Virus record (IMG/VR): IMGVR_UViG_3300044606_000259
Span: 1 to 55,325 of that record
DNA: 55,325 nt
Source: a virus
Taxonomy: Duplodnaviria > Caudoviricetes
Strand: one strand, 5' to 3'
The position numbers and the translations under genes were made by a program. Positions 1 to 8,761 of this stretch are shown one piece after another (within the stretch, counting starts at the first letter, position 1; every line of letters starts with the position of its first letter). Under the pieces are notes generated by a model. It had not been told where the DNA came from, did not search any database, and worked only from the letters and a program-made list of their open reading frames with translations.

Positions 1-2616
1 ATGGCAACCGTTTCTGAACAAATTCAGCAGATCTACATCGGCCTGCTGGGTCGCGCCGCTGACCAGGCTGGTCTGGACTACTGGGCCGCTGAGATCAACA
101 GCGGTGCTCTGACCCTTGAGCAGCTCCGCGCCAACATCGTTAACGAGCAGCCGGAATACGCTGCCGGCCAGGGCAGCATGACGCGTGCCCAAGCGGTTGC
201 CGACCTGTACGAGAACCTCTTCAACCGTCAGCCGGAAGCTGCTGGCCTGGAATACTGGGTCAATGGCGGTGGTGCCAGCGTGAATATCGACCAGCTCGTG
301 CTGGCATTGATCGCCGGTGCTTCGGCTGCTGATCAACTGGTCTTGGATAACAAGACCGAAGTGGCTGAGTACTACACCGCCGCCGCTGGCGCTGATTACA
401 CCGCTGACGCTGCAAAGGCTGCGGTTGACAATGTCGATGCGACGCGCGGTTCGGTCGATGCTGCTAAGGTAGCTATCGATTCGGGTACTGTGGCTTCGGG
501 TCAGACTTTCATGCTCACTGTTAGTCAGGACACCCTGACTGGTACTGCCGGCAACGATACCTTCACCGCTGGTGTCGCTGGCGACACCCAGGCCAACCTG
601 GCTGACACGCTGCAGAGCATTGACTCCATCAACGGCGGCGCTGGTACCGACACCCTGAACGTCACTCTGAACGGTGGCGTTGCTGTTACCCCGACGCTGG
701 CTGCTATTGAGAACATCACCCTGCGTTCCACGACCAACGCATCCGAGCTTGACCTGTCTGGCTCTACCGATGTTGCCAAGGTGTCCGTGTCGTCCAGCAC
801 CGCGACTGCCGTCGTGAGCGGTTTGAATGATGTTGCCAGCTTGGAAGTTTCCAGCCAGAGCAAGAACGTGACCTTCTCCGGCTCTACCGCTACTGCCCTG
901 ACTCTGGGTCTGACCGGCGTTGCAGCTACCGCTGACACCACCGTTGATCTGGATGATGCTGCTGCGACCTCGCTGACGCTGAACCTGAGCGGCAACGGCA
1001 CCGGCCTGACCAAGAATGTCCTGACGCTCGACCAGAACGCAGCGACTGCTACCGCTGTTACTGTGAACGTGACGGGCGCTAACTACGTTGATGGCGTTCT
1101 CGCCCTCGACGCAGCCAAGACCCTGAACGTTGCTGGCACGGGTTCCCTGACGGTTGATGGTACCAATACCCTCCTGACCGCTCTGCAAACCCTGAACGTT
1201 ACCGGTGGTGCTTCCGTCGATCTGTCTGACATCGGTACCCTGGGCGCGCTGAAGACTGTTGCTGCTGGCTCGACCACTGGTGACGTTTCCATCATCGTCG
1301 ATGACACCGCGACTGCTTTGGCTACCGGTTCGGGTGACGATGTTGTCGAATACACGGCCGCCATTGCTGCTTCTGCCACGGTTTCCCTTGGCGCTGGTGA
1401 TGACGAGCTGACCGTTACCGACGCTGACAAGACTGCAGTGATCAGCGGTGGTGAAGGTACCGATACGCTGGCTGGCTTGGTTGCTGACATTGCTGCGCTG
1501 ACTGCCGATGCCGACAAGTCGGCTGCGTTTGCCGGTTTCGAAGTGTTGAAGGTTACCGATGCTCTCGGTACTGGCGACAACGTTGATGTCTCCGCGATTG
1601 ACGGTGTGACCAGCTTTGTCGCTGGTGCTGGTGTTACCAGCACTGAAACGGCTACTGTTTCCGGTATTGGTGCTAACGCAACTGTTACGCTGGAAGGCGC
1701 CATTGCCAATGACGGCGACTTGACCGTTACCCTGGCTGACGCAACTGGTAGCGCTGACGTTCTGAACCTGGTGCTGAACAAAGCAGCTCCGGCCGACAAC
1801 GCCAACACGACTGTCGAGTACACCGCAGTGACTATCGGTGTTGCAGCGGCTGGTGTTGAAACGGTGAACCTGACGGCTAACGCCGCTGGTGCTGCTGACG
1901 GCGATATCGACCTGAACAACTACACCGTTACGCTGACTGACACCGCGCTGACCACTCTGAACATCAGCGGTGCTCACAAGGTTACCTTCGCTGCTGACGC
2001 GACGATGGATAAGCTGGTCACCATCGATGCATCCGCCACTACTGGCGGTGTTGATATTGATGTTGATCTGGTCGATACGAAGGCTGTGACGATCACCGGC
2101 GGTTCCGGTGACGACACCATCAAGGGCTCGGACTTCGCTGACACCATCAACGGCGGCGCTGGCAATGACACCATCACCGGTGGTGCCAAGGCTGATGCAC
2201 TGAATGGTGGCGAAGGCAATGATGTGTTCGTGATGGCTGCGACCACCGACTCCACCCTGATCAACCTCGACGTGATCACTGGCTTCGTGGCGAACACCTT
2301 CGGTCAAGGTACCGACGGTGCTGCTACCGATGCTGGCGCTGACATCGCGGACATCGCTGACTGGACGGGTGACGTGATTGATCTGTCTGCTATTGCTGGT
2401 GGCCTGACCAAGATTGCCGTTAGTGTTCAGACCAATGCTTCGGATGCTCAGACCTACCTGCAAAACATCGGTGACTCTACCAACGACACCATCGGCGTTG
2501 CTCTGGACTCCTCCAGCGGCAAGCTGTATATCGACGTCGGTTCCGACGGTACGGTCGACTCGGTGATCCAACTCACCGGCGTGACCACCATCGACGAGGC
2601 TGCCTTCATCATCTAA
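1..2616 (+). CDS. S-layer protein, RsaA/DUF4214-like, with RTX Ca-binding repeats and C-terminal type I secretion signal; probably a host(1-173)/phage(174-871) chimera
   Basis: N-terminal IQQIYIGLLGRAAD..GLDYW and YENLFNRQPEAAGLEYWV motifs; Ala/Thr/Gly/Asp/Val-rich beta-helix-like body; GGxGxD repeats (GGSGDD, GGAGND, GGEGND); ends IQLTGVTTIDEAAFII; no Sec signal; GCT/GGT/GTT/ACT codon bias of highly expressed genes. Confidence 0.9.
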   Translation: MATVSEQIQQIYIGLLGRAADQAGLDYWAAEINSGALTLEQLRANIVNEQPEYAAGQGSMTRAQAVADLYENLFNRQPEAAGLEYWVNGGGASVNIDQLVLALIAGASAADQLVLDNKTEVAEYYTAAAGADYTADAAKAAVDNVDATRGSVDAAKVAIDSGTVASGQTFMLTVSQDTLTGTAGNDTFTAGVAGDTQANLADTLQSIDSINGGAGTDTLNVTLNGGVAVTPTLAAIENITLRSTTNASELDLSGSTDVAKVSVSSSTATAVVSGLNDVASLEVSSQSKNVTFSGSTATALTLGLTGVAATADTTVDLDDAAATSLTLNLSGNGTGLTKNVLTLDQNAATATAVTVNVTGANYVDGVLALDAAKTLNVAGTGSLTVDGTNTLLTALQTLNVTGGASVDLSDIGTLGALKTVAAGSTTGDVSIIVDDTATALATGSGDDVVEYTAAIAASATVSLGAGDDELTVTDADKTAVISGGEGTDTLAGLVADIAALTADADKSAAFAGFEVLKVTDALGTGDNVDVSAIDGVTSFVAGAGVTSTETATVSGIGANATVTLEGAIANDGDLTVTLADATGSADVLNLVLNKAAPADNANTTVEYTAVTIGVAAAGVETVNLTANAAGAADGDIDLNNYTVTLTDTALTTLNISGAHKVTFAADATMDKLVTIDASATTGGVDIDVDLVDTKAVTITGGSGDDTIKGSDFADTINGGAGNDTITGGAKADALNGGEGNDVFVMAATTDSTLINLDVITGFVANTFGQGTDGAATDAGADIADIADWTGDVIDLSAIAGGLTKIAVSVQTNASDAQTYLQNIGDSTNDTIGVALDSSSGKLYIDVGSDGTVDSVIQLTGVTTIDEAAFII
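513..519 (+). repeat. candidate attL core GCTCACT inside the S-layer gene
   Basis: Identical 7-mer at 54764-54770 in the same frame and at the equivalent protein position (TFMLT|VSQDTLTGTAGNDT vs AITLT|IGVDNIVGTSGNDT). Confidence 0.7.
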
Positions 2617-2657
2617 TCTCCCCCGGAGACAAGCACCCGCCCTCGGGTAGGTGCTTG
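2617..2657 (+). other. two RNA hairpins directly after the S-layer stop (possible mRNA 3' stabilisers)
   Basis: TCTCC-ccc-GGAGA and CAAGCACC...GGTGCTTG inverted repeats. Confidence 0.45.
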
Positions 2658-2665
2658 AGGTGATT

Positions 2666-2701
2666 AAAACCCTGTCCTTCGAAAGAAGGGCGGGGTTTTT
2701 T
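2666..2701 (+). terminator. rho-independent terminator of the S-layer gene
   Basis: AAAACCCTGTCCTTC-GAAA-GAAGGGCGGGGTTTT stem with GNRA loop followed by T run. Confidence 0.85.
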
Positions 2702-2712
2702 CCATAAGGGCC

Positions 2713-3414
2713 TTGAGAATGCGCAGGGTCTTAATGGAAGAAAGCAGTCAAGGAGCCGTCGCCATCGCAAAACCAGATCCCGCCCTGGTCGCCATCCTGG
2801 TTAACCGGGAGCACAGCCGCCTATCGAGCCAGGTCAAGACGCTGGAAAAGGTGCTGCACGCGCCGTTTTCCGACAAGGAGCACCAGCGCCTGCTCACCCT
2901 GGTGGCCAACTGGCGTGCCCTGCTGGCGTTTGACGATGGTGCCCCGAGGCTGGCCGATGCGCTGGAGAGCTTCGCGGCTGCCTACCGGCAGCGCTCACCC
3001 GACCAGGAGCGACTCCACGACGAGGTGGTCTTCCAGGCCGGTGTCTACCGGATGGGCCACTGGGGGCTTGTCAAGCACTTCATCCCCTGCGTCACCGACT
3101 GCCTGGACAACTTCGGCAGTGTTCTGCCCAAGTACCGCGATGCCTTCAAGCGCCGATACGAGGCTGACGGCAATCTGAGCGTGGAAGCGCAGTCGCAGCT
3201 ACTCAAGGCGCAGTACGCCTTGATCCCCAACCGCCGAGATCCCTACCGGCACGAAGAGATGAAGCGCCGAGGGCTGGTCAGCGCCGACGGCATCGTGCCG
3301 ATGGGCGTGAAGGAAGCACTGGCGCTGATCGAACGGGACGAGGCGCAGGCCGCGCAACCAGCCAAGCGTGGCGTCGTAGCGTGGGTGGCGGATCGGTTTC
3401 GGCGCAAAGAGTGA
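2713..3414 (+). CDS. hypothetical protein (start may be ATG 2734)
   Basis: 233-aa ORF with normal coding bias; no motif recognised. Confidence 0.7.
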   Translation: MRMRRVLMEESSQGAVAIAKPDPALVAILVNREHSRLSSQVKTLEKVLHAPFSDKEHQRLLTLVANWRALLAFDDGAPRLADALESFAAAYRQRSPDQERLHDEVVFQAGVYRMGHWGLVKHFIPCVTDCLDNFGSVLPKYRDAFKRRYEADGNLSVEAQSQLLKAQYALIPNRRDPYRHEEMKRRGLVSADGIVPMGVKEALALIERDEAQAAQPAKRGVVAWVADRFRRKE

Positions 3415-3429
3415 GCGCGCAGGGGGGCT

Positions 3430-4038
3430 ATGGAAAGCGAACAAATGGATTCAGGGGGTGCGGCCTCAAAATGGGAACAAGCTCTTCAACGGTTAGAAAT
3501 AACAGCGGAGCAGCGTCTCGTCATCGATAACGCCAAGGCAAAGCAGGCAGACGATTGGTCGCTGGATGAGGCTGATCTGATGATTCGCGTCAGTCGTGAA
3601 GCGCGTCGTCTTCAGGCCGTTGATGAATACAAGACTCTACCTCGAGATGACCGTGAGCGGGAGCACCAGCGAGTTTGGCAATTGATTGGCGGATATACCG
3701 CCTTCATAGCTGCGGCCTGCCTTGCAGTAATCAGCGCATCAAAATCTGAGGGCAGTTACGCATTCGCATTCTCGTTCTGGGTAATCTCTCTGCCGTTTCT
3801 GTGCGGCTCAATGCTGCTCGATTACCACGTTCGAGTGAGGCAGGCGAGGCTTAACAGCAAAGTCCGGAGCTTCTTGCTGACAGTCGGAGTTCTATCAAGC
3901 CACTTGGGCACAGCAGGGATCGTGAGCACATATTCGTGGGTTGCAGCGGTTGTTTATGGGCTGTGCCCAGTGTTGGTCGGCCTATATCTGCACGAAACCA
4001 TTGCGCTTGGAGGCAGAGAAAACTTCGAGGATCTTTAA
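3430..4038 (+). CDS. hypothetical membrane protein (~4 TM helices)
   Basis: Hydrophilic N-terminus followed by four hydrophobic stretches; lower GC than the phage core. Confidence 0.7.
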   Translation: MESEQMDSGGAASKWEQALQRLEITAEQRLVIDNAKAKQADDWSLDEADLMIRVSREARRLQAVDEYKTLPRDDREREHQRVWQLIGGYTAFIAAACLAVISASKSEGSYAFAFSFWVISLPFLCGSMLLDYHVRVRQARLNSKVRSFLLTVGVLSSHLGTAGIVSTYSWVAAVVYGLCPVLVGLYLHETIALGGRENFEDL

Positions 4039-4039
4039 A

Positions 4040-4945
4040 TTGAGTGACAAGCTGTACATCATCGGCAACGGCTTCGATCTCCATCACGGGATGCCGACCA
4101 AGTTCTCAGATTTCCGAACTTTCGCTCGTAAGACTGCCCCTGAGCTGCATCGTGCCGTTGATGACTATCTGCCGGTGAACAATGACTGGTCTGATCTTGA
4201 GGATGCACTCGCCGCGCTGGATGTAGACACCGTCATCGAGGACCTGATCGGCTTCATGCCATCCTACGCTGCAGATGACTGGCGCGACTCCGGTCACCAT
4301 GACTTTCAGTTTGAAGTGGATCGCGTGGTCCGCCAGCTTTCGATGGAGCTGAGGTCAGTTTTTGCCCGATGGGTCCGGCAGGTCGAAGTCCCGAATCTTG
4401 CCAATGCGCCTGGAGTCCATCGCCTGACGAGCATTTACCCCAGTGCATCATTCTTGACGTTCAACTACACGCCCACCTTGGCTGATCTATACGGCGTGCC
4501 GTTGGAGCGCACGCTTCATATCCATGGCGCGTCTTCTGATGATGATCAGGAACTGATCCTGGGGCACGGCTGGAATCCGGCGATGCGCAAATCGCTGAAT
4601 GACCGTCCAGATATCGAGGATCTGGACACCCGAATGATCGAAGCGCACCAGATCCTGGATCAGTATTTCAGCGCCACATTCAAGCCGTCACAACAGTTGA
4701 TCGCGCAGCACCAGGAATTCTTCAAGGCATTGGACGCGGTCACACAGGTCACCGTCCTTGGGCACTCCCTTTCGGATGTGGACGCAGAGTATTTTCGGGC
4801 GCTGCTTGCGGTGCCAGCCGTGGCCTCGGCCACCTGGGCGGTGGCTTGCCGCCACAGCGACGATTCTGTTGAAAAAACTCAGCGGCTCGCTAACTTGGGC
4901 TTGCCGGCAAGTCAGATCAGGGCGGTTGCATGGGCCACACTTTGA
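4040..4945 (+). CDS. AbiH-family abortive infection protein
   Basis: LYIIGNGFDLHHG, FLTFNYT, LHIHG, LILGHG and VLGHSLSDVD motifs typical of the AbiH/SIR2-like family; TTG start 1 nt after the upstream stop. Confidence 0.8.
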   Translation: MSDKLYIIGNGFDLHHGMPTKFSDFRTFARKTAPELHRAVDDYLPVNNDWSDLEDALAALDVDTVIEDLIGFMPSYAADDWRDSGHHDFQFEVDRVVRQLSMELRSVFARWVRQVEVPNLANAPGVHRLTSIYPSASFLTFNYTPTLADLYGVPLERTLHIHGASSDDDQELILGHGWNPAMRKSLNDRPDIEDLDTRMIEAHQILDQYFSATFKPSQQLIAQHQEFFKALDAVTQVTVLGHSLSDVDAEYFRALLAVPAVASATWAVACRHSDDSVEKTQRLANLGLPASQIRAVAWATL

Positions 4946-4946
4946 T

Positions 4947-5028
4947 TGACCGTTAACAAAACAGTTGACGCCGTATCTTCACTTCCCCTACAATCGCCGT
5001 TAATCAATCACGCAACGGTTAACGGTCA
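4947..5028 (+). promoter_or_regulatory. sigma70-like promoter with flanking inverted operator-like repeats
   Basis: TTGACG(4965-70)-N18-TACAAT(4989-94); perfect 11-bp IR TGACCGTTAAC (4947-57) / GTTAACGGTCA (5018-28); partial CCGTTAA at 4997. Confidence 0.65.
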
Positions 5029-5297
5029 TGGGCTTCGGCACCTTCATTCGAGAAAAACGCGAGCAGGCCAATGTGCCGATGAACGAGTTCGCCCGCAGCT
5101 TAGGCATCTCGCCGGCCTACTGGTCACGCATCGAGCGTGAGCTGGAGAAAGCGCCCAAGGATGAGCTGATCACCAAGGCCGCTGAGGCGTTGGGGCTCAA
5201 CCCCGACGAGGCCTACATCGAGGCCAGCCGCTTGCCCCCCGATATGCAGAAGGACGTCAGCACCGTCGTTCGCCTGTACCGCAAAAACTTGGGTTAA
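5028..5297 (+). CDS. XRE-family HTH transcriptional regulator (putative repressor)
   Basis: FGTFIREKRE..MNEFARSLGISPAYWSRIER HTH_3 pattern. Confidence 0.85.
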   Translation: MGFGTFIREKREQANVPMNEFARSLGISPAYWSRIERELEKAPKDELITKAAEALGLNPDEAYIEASRLPPDMQKDVSTVVRLYRKNLG

Positions 5298-5308
5298 GGC
5301 GGTGACGC

Positions 5309-6139
5309 ATGCCAGCGCTTTCCCTGCGGTATGACTATTGCTCCCTTCACAAGCCCCGCTACCTGAACAAGCCGGCCATCGAGATGGTGGCCCGAGAGGC
5401 CAGAGCACAGCTTTTGTCTGCTGGCACCGATGCGCTGACACTAGAGAAACTGGCCGCCATCTCCGACCTGACCATCAACGGCCTGCCGTACCAGTTGTGG
5501 GTCAGCCTGGAGCACCCGGTCACCGATGAATCAGGCCAGCCGGTGCTGGGCCTGTGCGAGTTCGACCCGGACTGCGGCGAGGACGCCGTGTCGGTGCTGG
5601 TTTCACCGGTCGGTGAGCAACTCACCCCCGAGCTGGCGCTCTCCACCTTCGCTCACGAACTGGGCCACGCCATCTTTGACGCTCCTGCCTGGCTGATCGC
5701 TGCCAAGCAAGGGCCAGGCTTGTTCGACGAACCGGACACCAGCCAACGTCGCGCCTATCGCACCGCCACACCGGATGCCGAGCACCTGGGCGCCACGACC
5801 CTGCCGCAAAACACCGCACTCGAAAAAGAGATCCGCATCGCCGAGTTCCGTGCCAACGAGTTCATGGGCTCGCTGCTGGTGCCGCGTGACCGGCTGGTCG
5901 AACTGGCTGTGGCCCGTGCGTCAGACTTCGATGTCGGCATTGAACGCGACGGCGGCCTGTCCGACGAACTCCACGCCGCCACACCGCGCTTGGTCGAGCG
6001 AGGCACCTTCGGCTTCGTTGGTATGGAAAACCTTCAGCGCGAACTGGCTGCGACCTTCGGCGTGAACCCCAAGTTCATCCGCGTGCGGATGGAGCGTTAC
6101 GGGCTGCTGCCCGCTCTGCCTGGTAGAGGACAAAGATGA
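5309..6139 (+). CDS. ImmA/IrrE-family zinc metallopeptidase
   Basis: FAHELGH (HExxH) and EFRANEFMGSLLVP motifs; directly follows the XRE gene. Confidence 0.85.
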   Translation: MPALSLRYDYCSLHKPRYLNKPAIEMVAREARAQLLSAGTDALTLEKLAAISDLTINGLPYQLWVSLEHPVTDESGQPVLGLCEFDPDCGEDAVSVLVSPVGEQLTPELALSTFAHELGHAIFDAPAWLIAAKQGPGLFDEPDTSQRRAYRTATPDAEHLGATTLPQNTALEKEIRIAEFRANEFMGSLLVPRDRLVELAVARASDFDVGIERDGGLSDELHAATPRLVERGTFGFVGMENLQRELAATFGVNPKFIRVRMERYGLLPALPGRGQR

Positions 6140-6161
6140 GTTACTGATCGGATGCACAGCT

Positions 6162-6186
6162 CGCCGGCCTGGTGCCGGCGTTTTTT
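6162..6186 (+). terminator. rho-independent terminator
   Basis: CGCCGGC-ctggt-GCCGGCG-TTTTTT. Confidence 0.7.
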
Positions 6187-6250
6187 GAAGCCTGCGATTA
6201 ACAAATCGCGCAATCGTATAACAACCCGCCACTCGTAAAGGAGAACAAGA

Positions 6251-7651
6251 ATGGCAGAAGTCGACGTGATGGAAAACCGCGAGTCAGACCCGACGGCCCT
6301 CGCCGCAGAGGCGACTGCTACGGGTGGCGACAAACTGCGTAAGCCACGGGCCACTGATGGTGGGCCGGAGATCCTGCCCGATATGGGCCACTATGTGACC
6401 CTGGTGCGCAAGATCCGGCATCGGCCGCTGGTGGCACAGTGGCTGCAGCATCTGCACCCGGAGGATCTGCCCGCCATCGAGTGGAACCACAAGGTCTGCG
6501 CCAGCTACAAGCAGAGCCTCTTCACTGTGGTCGCGGGTCTGTCCGGTGCTATCCGTCAGCGGGTGGAGGAAGCCGCTCAGCGCATCTTGCTGCTGTCGGA
6601 TGACTATGGGTGCGAGGCCGTCAAATCGCTGTTGAGTGAAGACAACGAGACTGAGCAGCAGGCGGTTGCAGCCGCCGGCGACAAGTACGACCGTGCGCTC
6701 TACCTGTACCTGTGTCGGCTGGCGGACGACGGTGACCGTCGCTTCGAGCAGGCCGAAACCACCCGCCAGCAGAACAGGCAGTGGAAGTCTGAAACCTACG
6801 CCAGCCACTTCCGAGGGCCGAAGGCGGTGGATATCGCACTGGACGACACGCTCAAGGACAAACTCAAGACGGCGATTGCCGCCATCTACCCGCAGGCACC
6901 GTTGCAAGATGTGGTCATCGAGCATTTCCAGCGGCGCGATCTGACCCAGGACGAGGACCGTGGCGGTGAGGATGACTCGGCCCCAGTTTGGCTGCACACC
7001 ATCGTGGTCGGCTTCAATGGCAAGGAAACCCACTGGGACAAGATCGTCGATGGCGAGGTGACCACGCGGCACGACCAGGCCCTGCAGCGCATCACCTTCT
7101 CGTATGAGCCGAGCACCGGAGCGCTGTCGGTGTTCTGCGACGACCGCAATGCCCGTCAGGAACTCGCCAAAGCCCTGCGCGATGTGGTGCTGGCCAGCGA
7201 CACTGAAATCGCCGAAATGCCGCTGCGCGAGTTCAGTCTCAACGCCTTTGGCAGCCCTGAGGTGTTCAACCTGCTCCAAACCGAGCACGGCGATGGCATC
7301 GAGCGCATCAGCATCAACCAGATCAAGGTAGCCAAGTGCTTCGATCAATTGGGTGCGGATGGTGGCACCCATCATATTTCGAGTGGCTTGACCATCCATC
7401 GCGACCGGCGCGACCGCCGTGACGTCTATGTCGTGGCCAGAGAAGACCACCGTCTGGCGGATTTGAGCGGCTACGAATTGGTGCAGGTCAAGCTGGTGCT
7501 GCGCATGGCCAAGCAAAAGGAGCGCCGTGCCCACAACATCGTGGTGCAGATCACCGCGCCCAACGGCCTGAACGACAACGCCAAGACCGAGGACGAGCGC
7601 CAGCTGGTGATGCGCCTCTTGAAACGCTGGCAGATTGTCACCGAGTTTTGA
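6251..7651 (+). CDS. hypothetical protein (466 aa)
   Basis: Long ORF with strong SD (AAGGAG); no motif recognised. Confidence 0.8.
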   Translation: MAEVDVMENRESDPTALAAEATATGGDKLRKPRATDGGPEILPDMGHYVTLVRKIRHRPLVAQWLQHLHPEDLPAIEWNHKVCASYKQSLFTVVAGLSGAIRQRVEEAAQRILLLSDDYGCEAVKSLLSEDNETEQQAVAAAGDKYDRALYLYLCRLADDGDRRFEQAETTRQQNRQWKSETYASHFRGPKAVDIALDDTLKDKLKTAIAAIYPQAPLQDVVIEHFQRRDLTQDEDRGGEDDSAPVWLHTIVVGFNGKETHWDKIVDGEVTTRHDQALQRITFSYEPSTGALSVFCDDRNARQELAKALRDVVLASDTEIAEMPLREFSLNAFGSPEVFNLLQTEHGDGIERISINQIKVAKCFDQLGADGGTHHISSGLTIHRDRRDRRDVYVVAREDHRLADLSGYELVQVKLVLRMAKQKERRAHNIVVQITAPNGLNDNAKTEDERQLVMRLLKRWQIVTEF

Positions 7652-7662
7652 GGAGGCCGCCG

Positions 7663-8592
7663 ATGCTGACAGAAACGCTGCAACGGCTGGAGCGGCTGGA
7701 CACCATGGACAGCACGTTGTTCGGCAGCGAGCTACGGAGCTTTGGTCGCGTACTGCTGGACAAGGGTTGGATCGCCGCCATTGGTTACTTCAGCCACATC
7801 GATGTCGAGGTGATGGACGACATCTTCGAGGAGGTCGAGGTCACGGTCGACGAAGCCGCTGGCCGTTACACCTACCCACACCCATTCCGGCGCACGGTGA
7901 TCCTGAGCCGCCCGTTGTCCGACGTCACCCGCTACCGCTTCCAGCGCGAGCCCTTCTTCGACCACCTCGCCACGCTGCTGGGCATCGAGCCTCGGTTTGC
8001 CGGACGCCGGCGTTGCCTGGTCGAGCATCACCTCTGGTATCTCGGTGAGATTCGCGTCGGCCACAGCCACGCCTTTGCACCAATTTTCTTCGGGCGACGG
8101 CTCCAGGATGCGTCAGCTGAGCAGATCACCTCTGCCTTGTCCGACCCGGCGTTCGGCAGCGGCGGTGTGGTGCTGGCACTGACCGATCCGAAGATCGGCT
8201 TGCCCAACGGCCACCAGCTGCGCACCGTCAAGGATCTGCTGGTCGTGGAGGACGGCGAGGAGCAGTTCGATCTGCCGGTGCTGGAGCGGATTTTGGTCGG
8301 GCTGCCTGCAGACCCGGCCGACGAGCCTGAAGAGTGGTTCGATGCGAAGACCGGAGGTTTGCGATTGCAGCACATGCCAGAAGTGGCCTATTTCTCTGGC
8401 ATTCAATTGCGGATCATGGAACTCTTCTGGAAATCGCGCGATGGCGCTCCCCTGTCATGGGCGGAGGTCAAGCGCCGGACATTCACGGCCAGCAAGGGGA
8501 TTGATGACGCATTCAAAGGTCGGGATTGGTCGCAGTGGATCGAGCGCGTTGGCCACGGCAAACTCAGGCTGCGCACATCCCGCTCGGCGTAG
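7663..8592 (+). CDS. hypothetical protein, possible C-terminal winged-helix DNA-binding domain
   Basis: SD GAGGAGG; C-terminus FSGIQLRIMELFW..PLSWAEV..WIERVGHGKLRL resembles a wHTH. Confidence 0.7.
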   Translation: MLTETLQRLERLDTMDSTLFGSELRSFGRVLLDKGWIAAIGYFSHIDVEVMDDIFEEVEVTVDEAAGRYTYPHPFRRTVILSRPLSDVTRYRFQREPFFDHLATLLGIEPRFAGRRRCLVEHHLWYLGEIRVGHSHAFAPIFFGRRLQDASAEQITSALSDPAFGSGGVVLALTDPKIGLPNGHQLRTVKDLLVVEDGEEQFDLPVLERILVGLPADPADEPEEWFDAKTGGLRLQHMPEVAYFSGIQLRIMELFWKSRDGAPLSWAEVKRRTFTASKGIDDAFKGRDWSQWIERVGHGKLRLRTSRSA

Positions 8593-8761
8593 TGCTATGC
8601 CCGGCTTGGGCTCATCGGCCGATCTGACGACTCAGGCGAGTTGAGATCGATGGTCGCCATCCGCCTCAGTGACGGATGGCGCAGGGGCAAGCGTTCCCAA
8701 GGCCCGCCATACGCTTTGAATGGGCGTAAATGGGAGCCTAGTTTGCTCTGAATTGAACGCG

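Noticed and set aside
3941-4039. Longer N-terminus for the AbiH-like ORF
   Set aside because: It overlaps the upstream membrane gene; the family motif begins right after TTG 4040.
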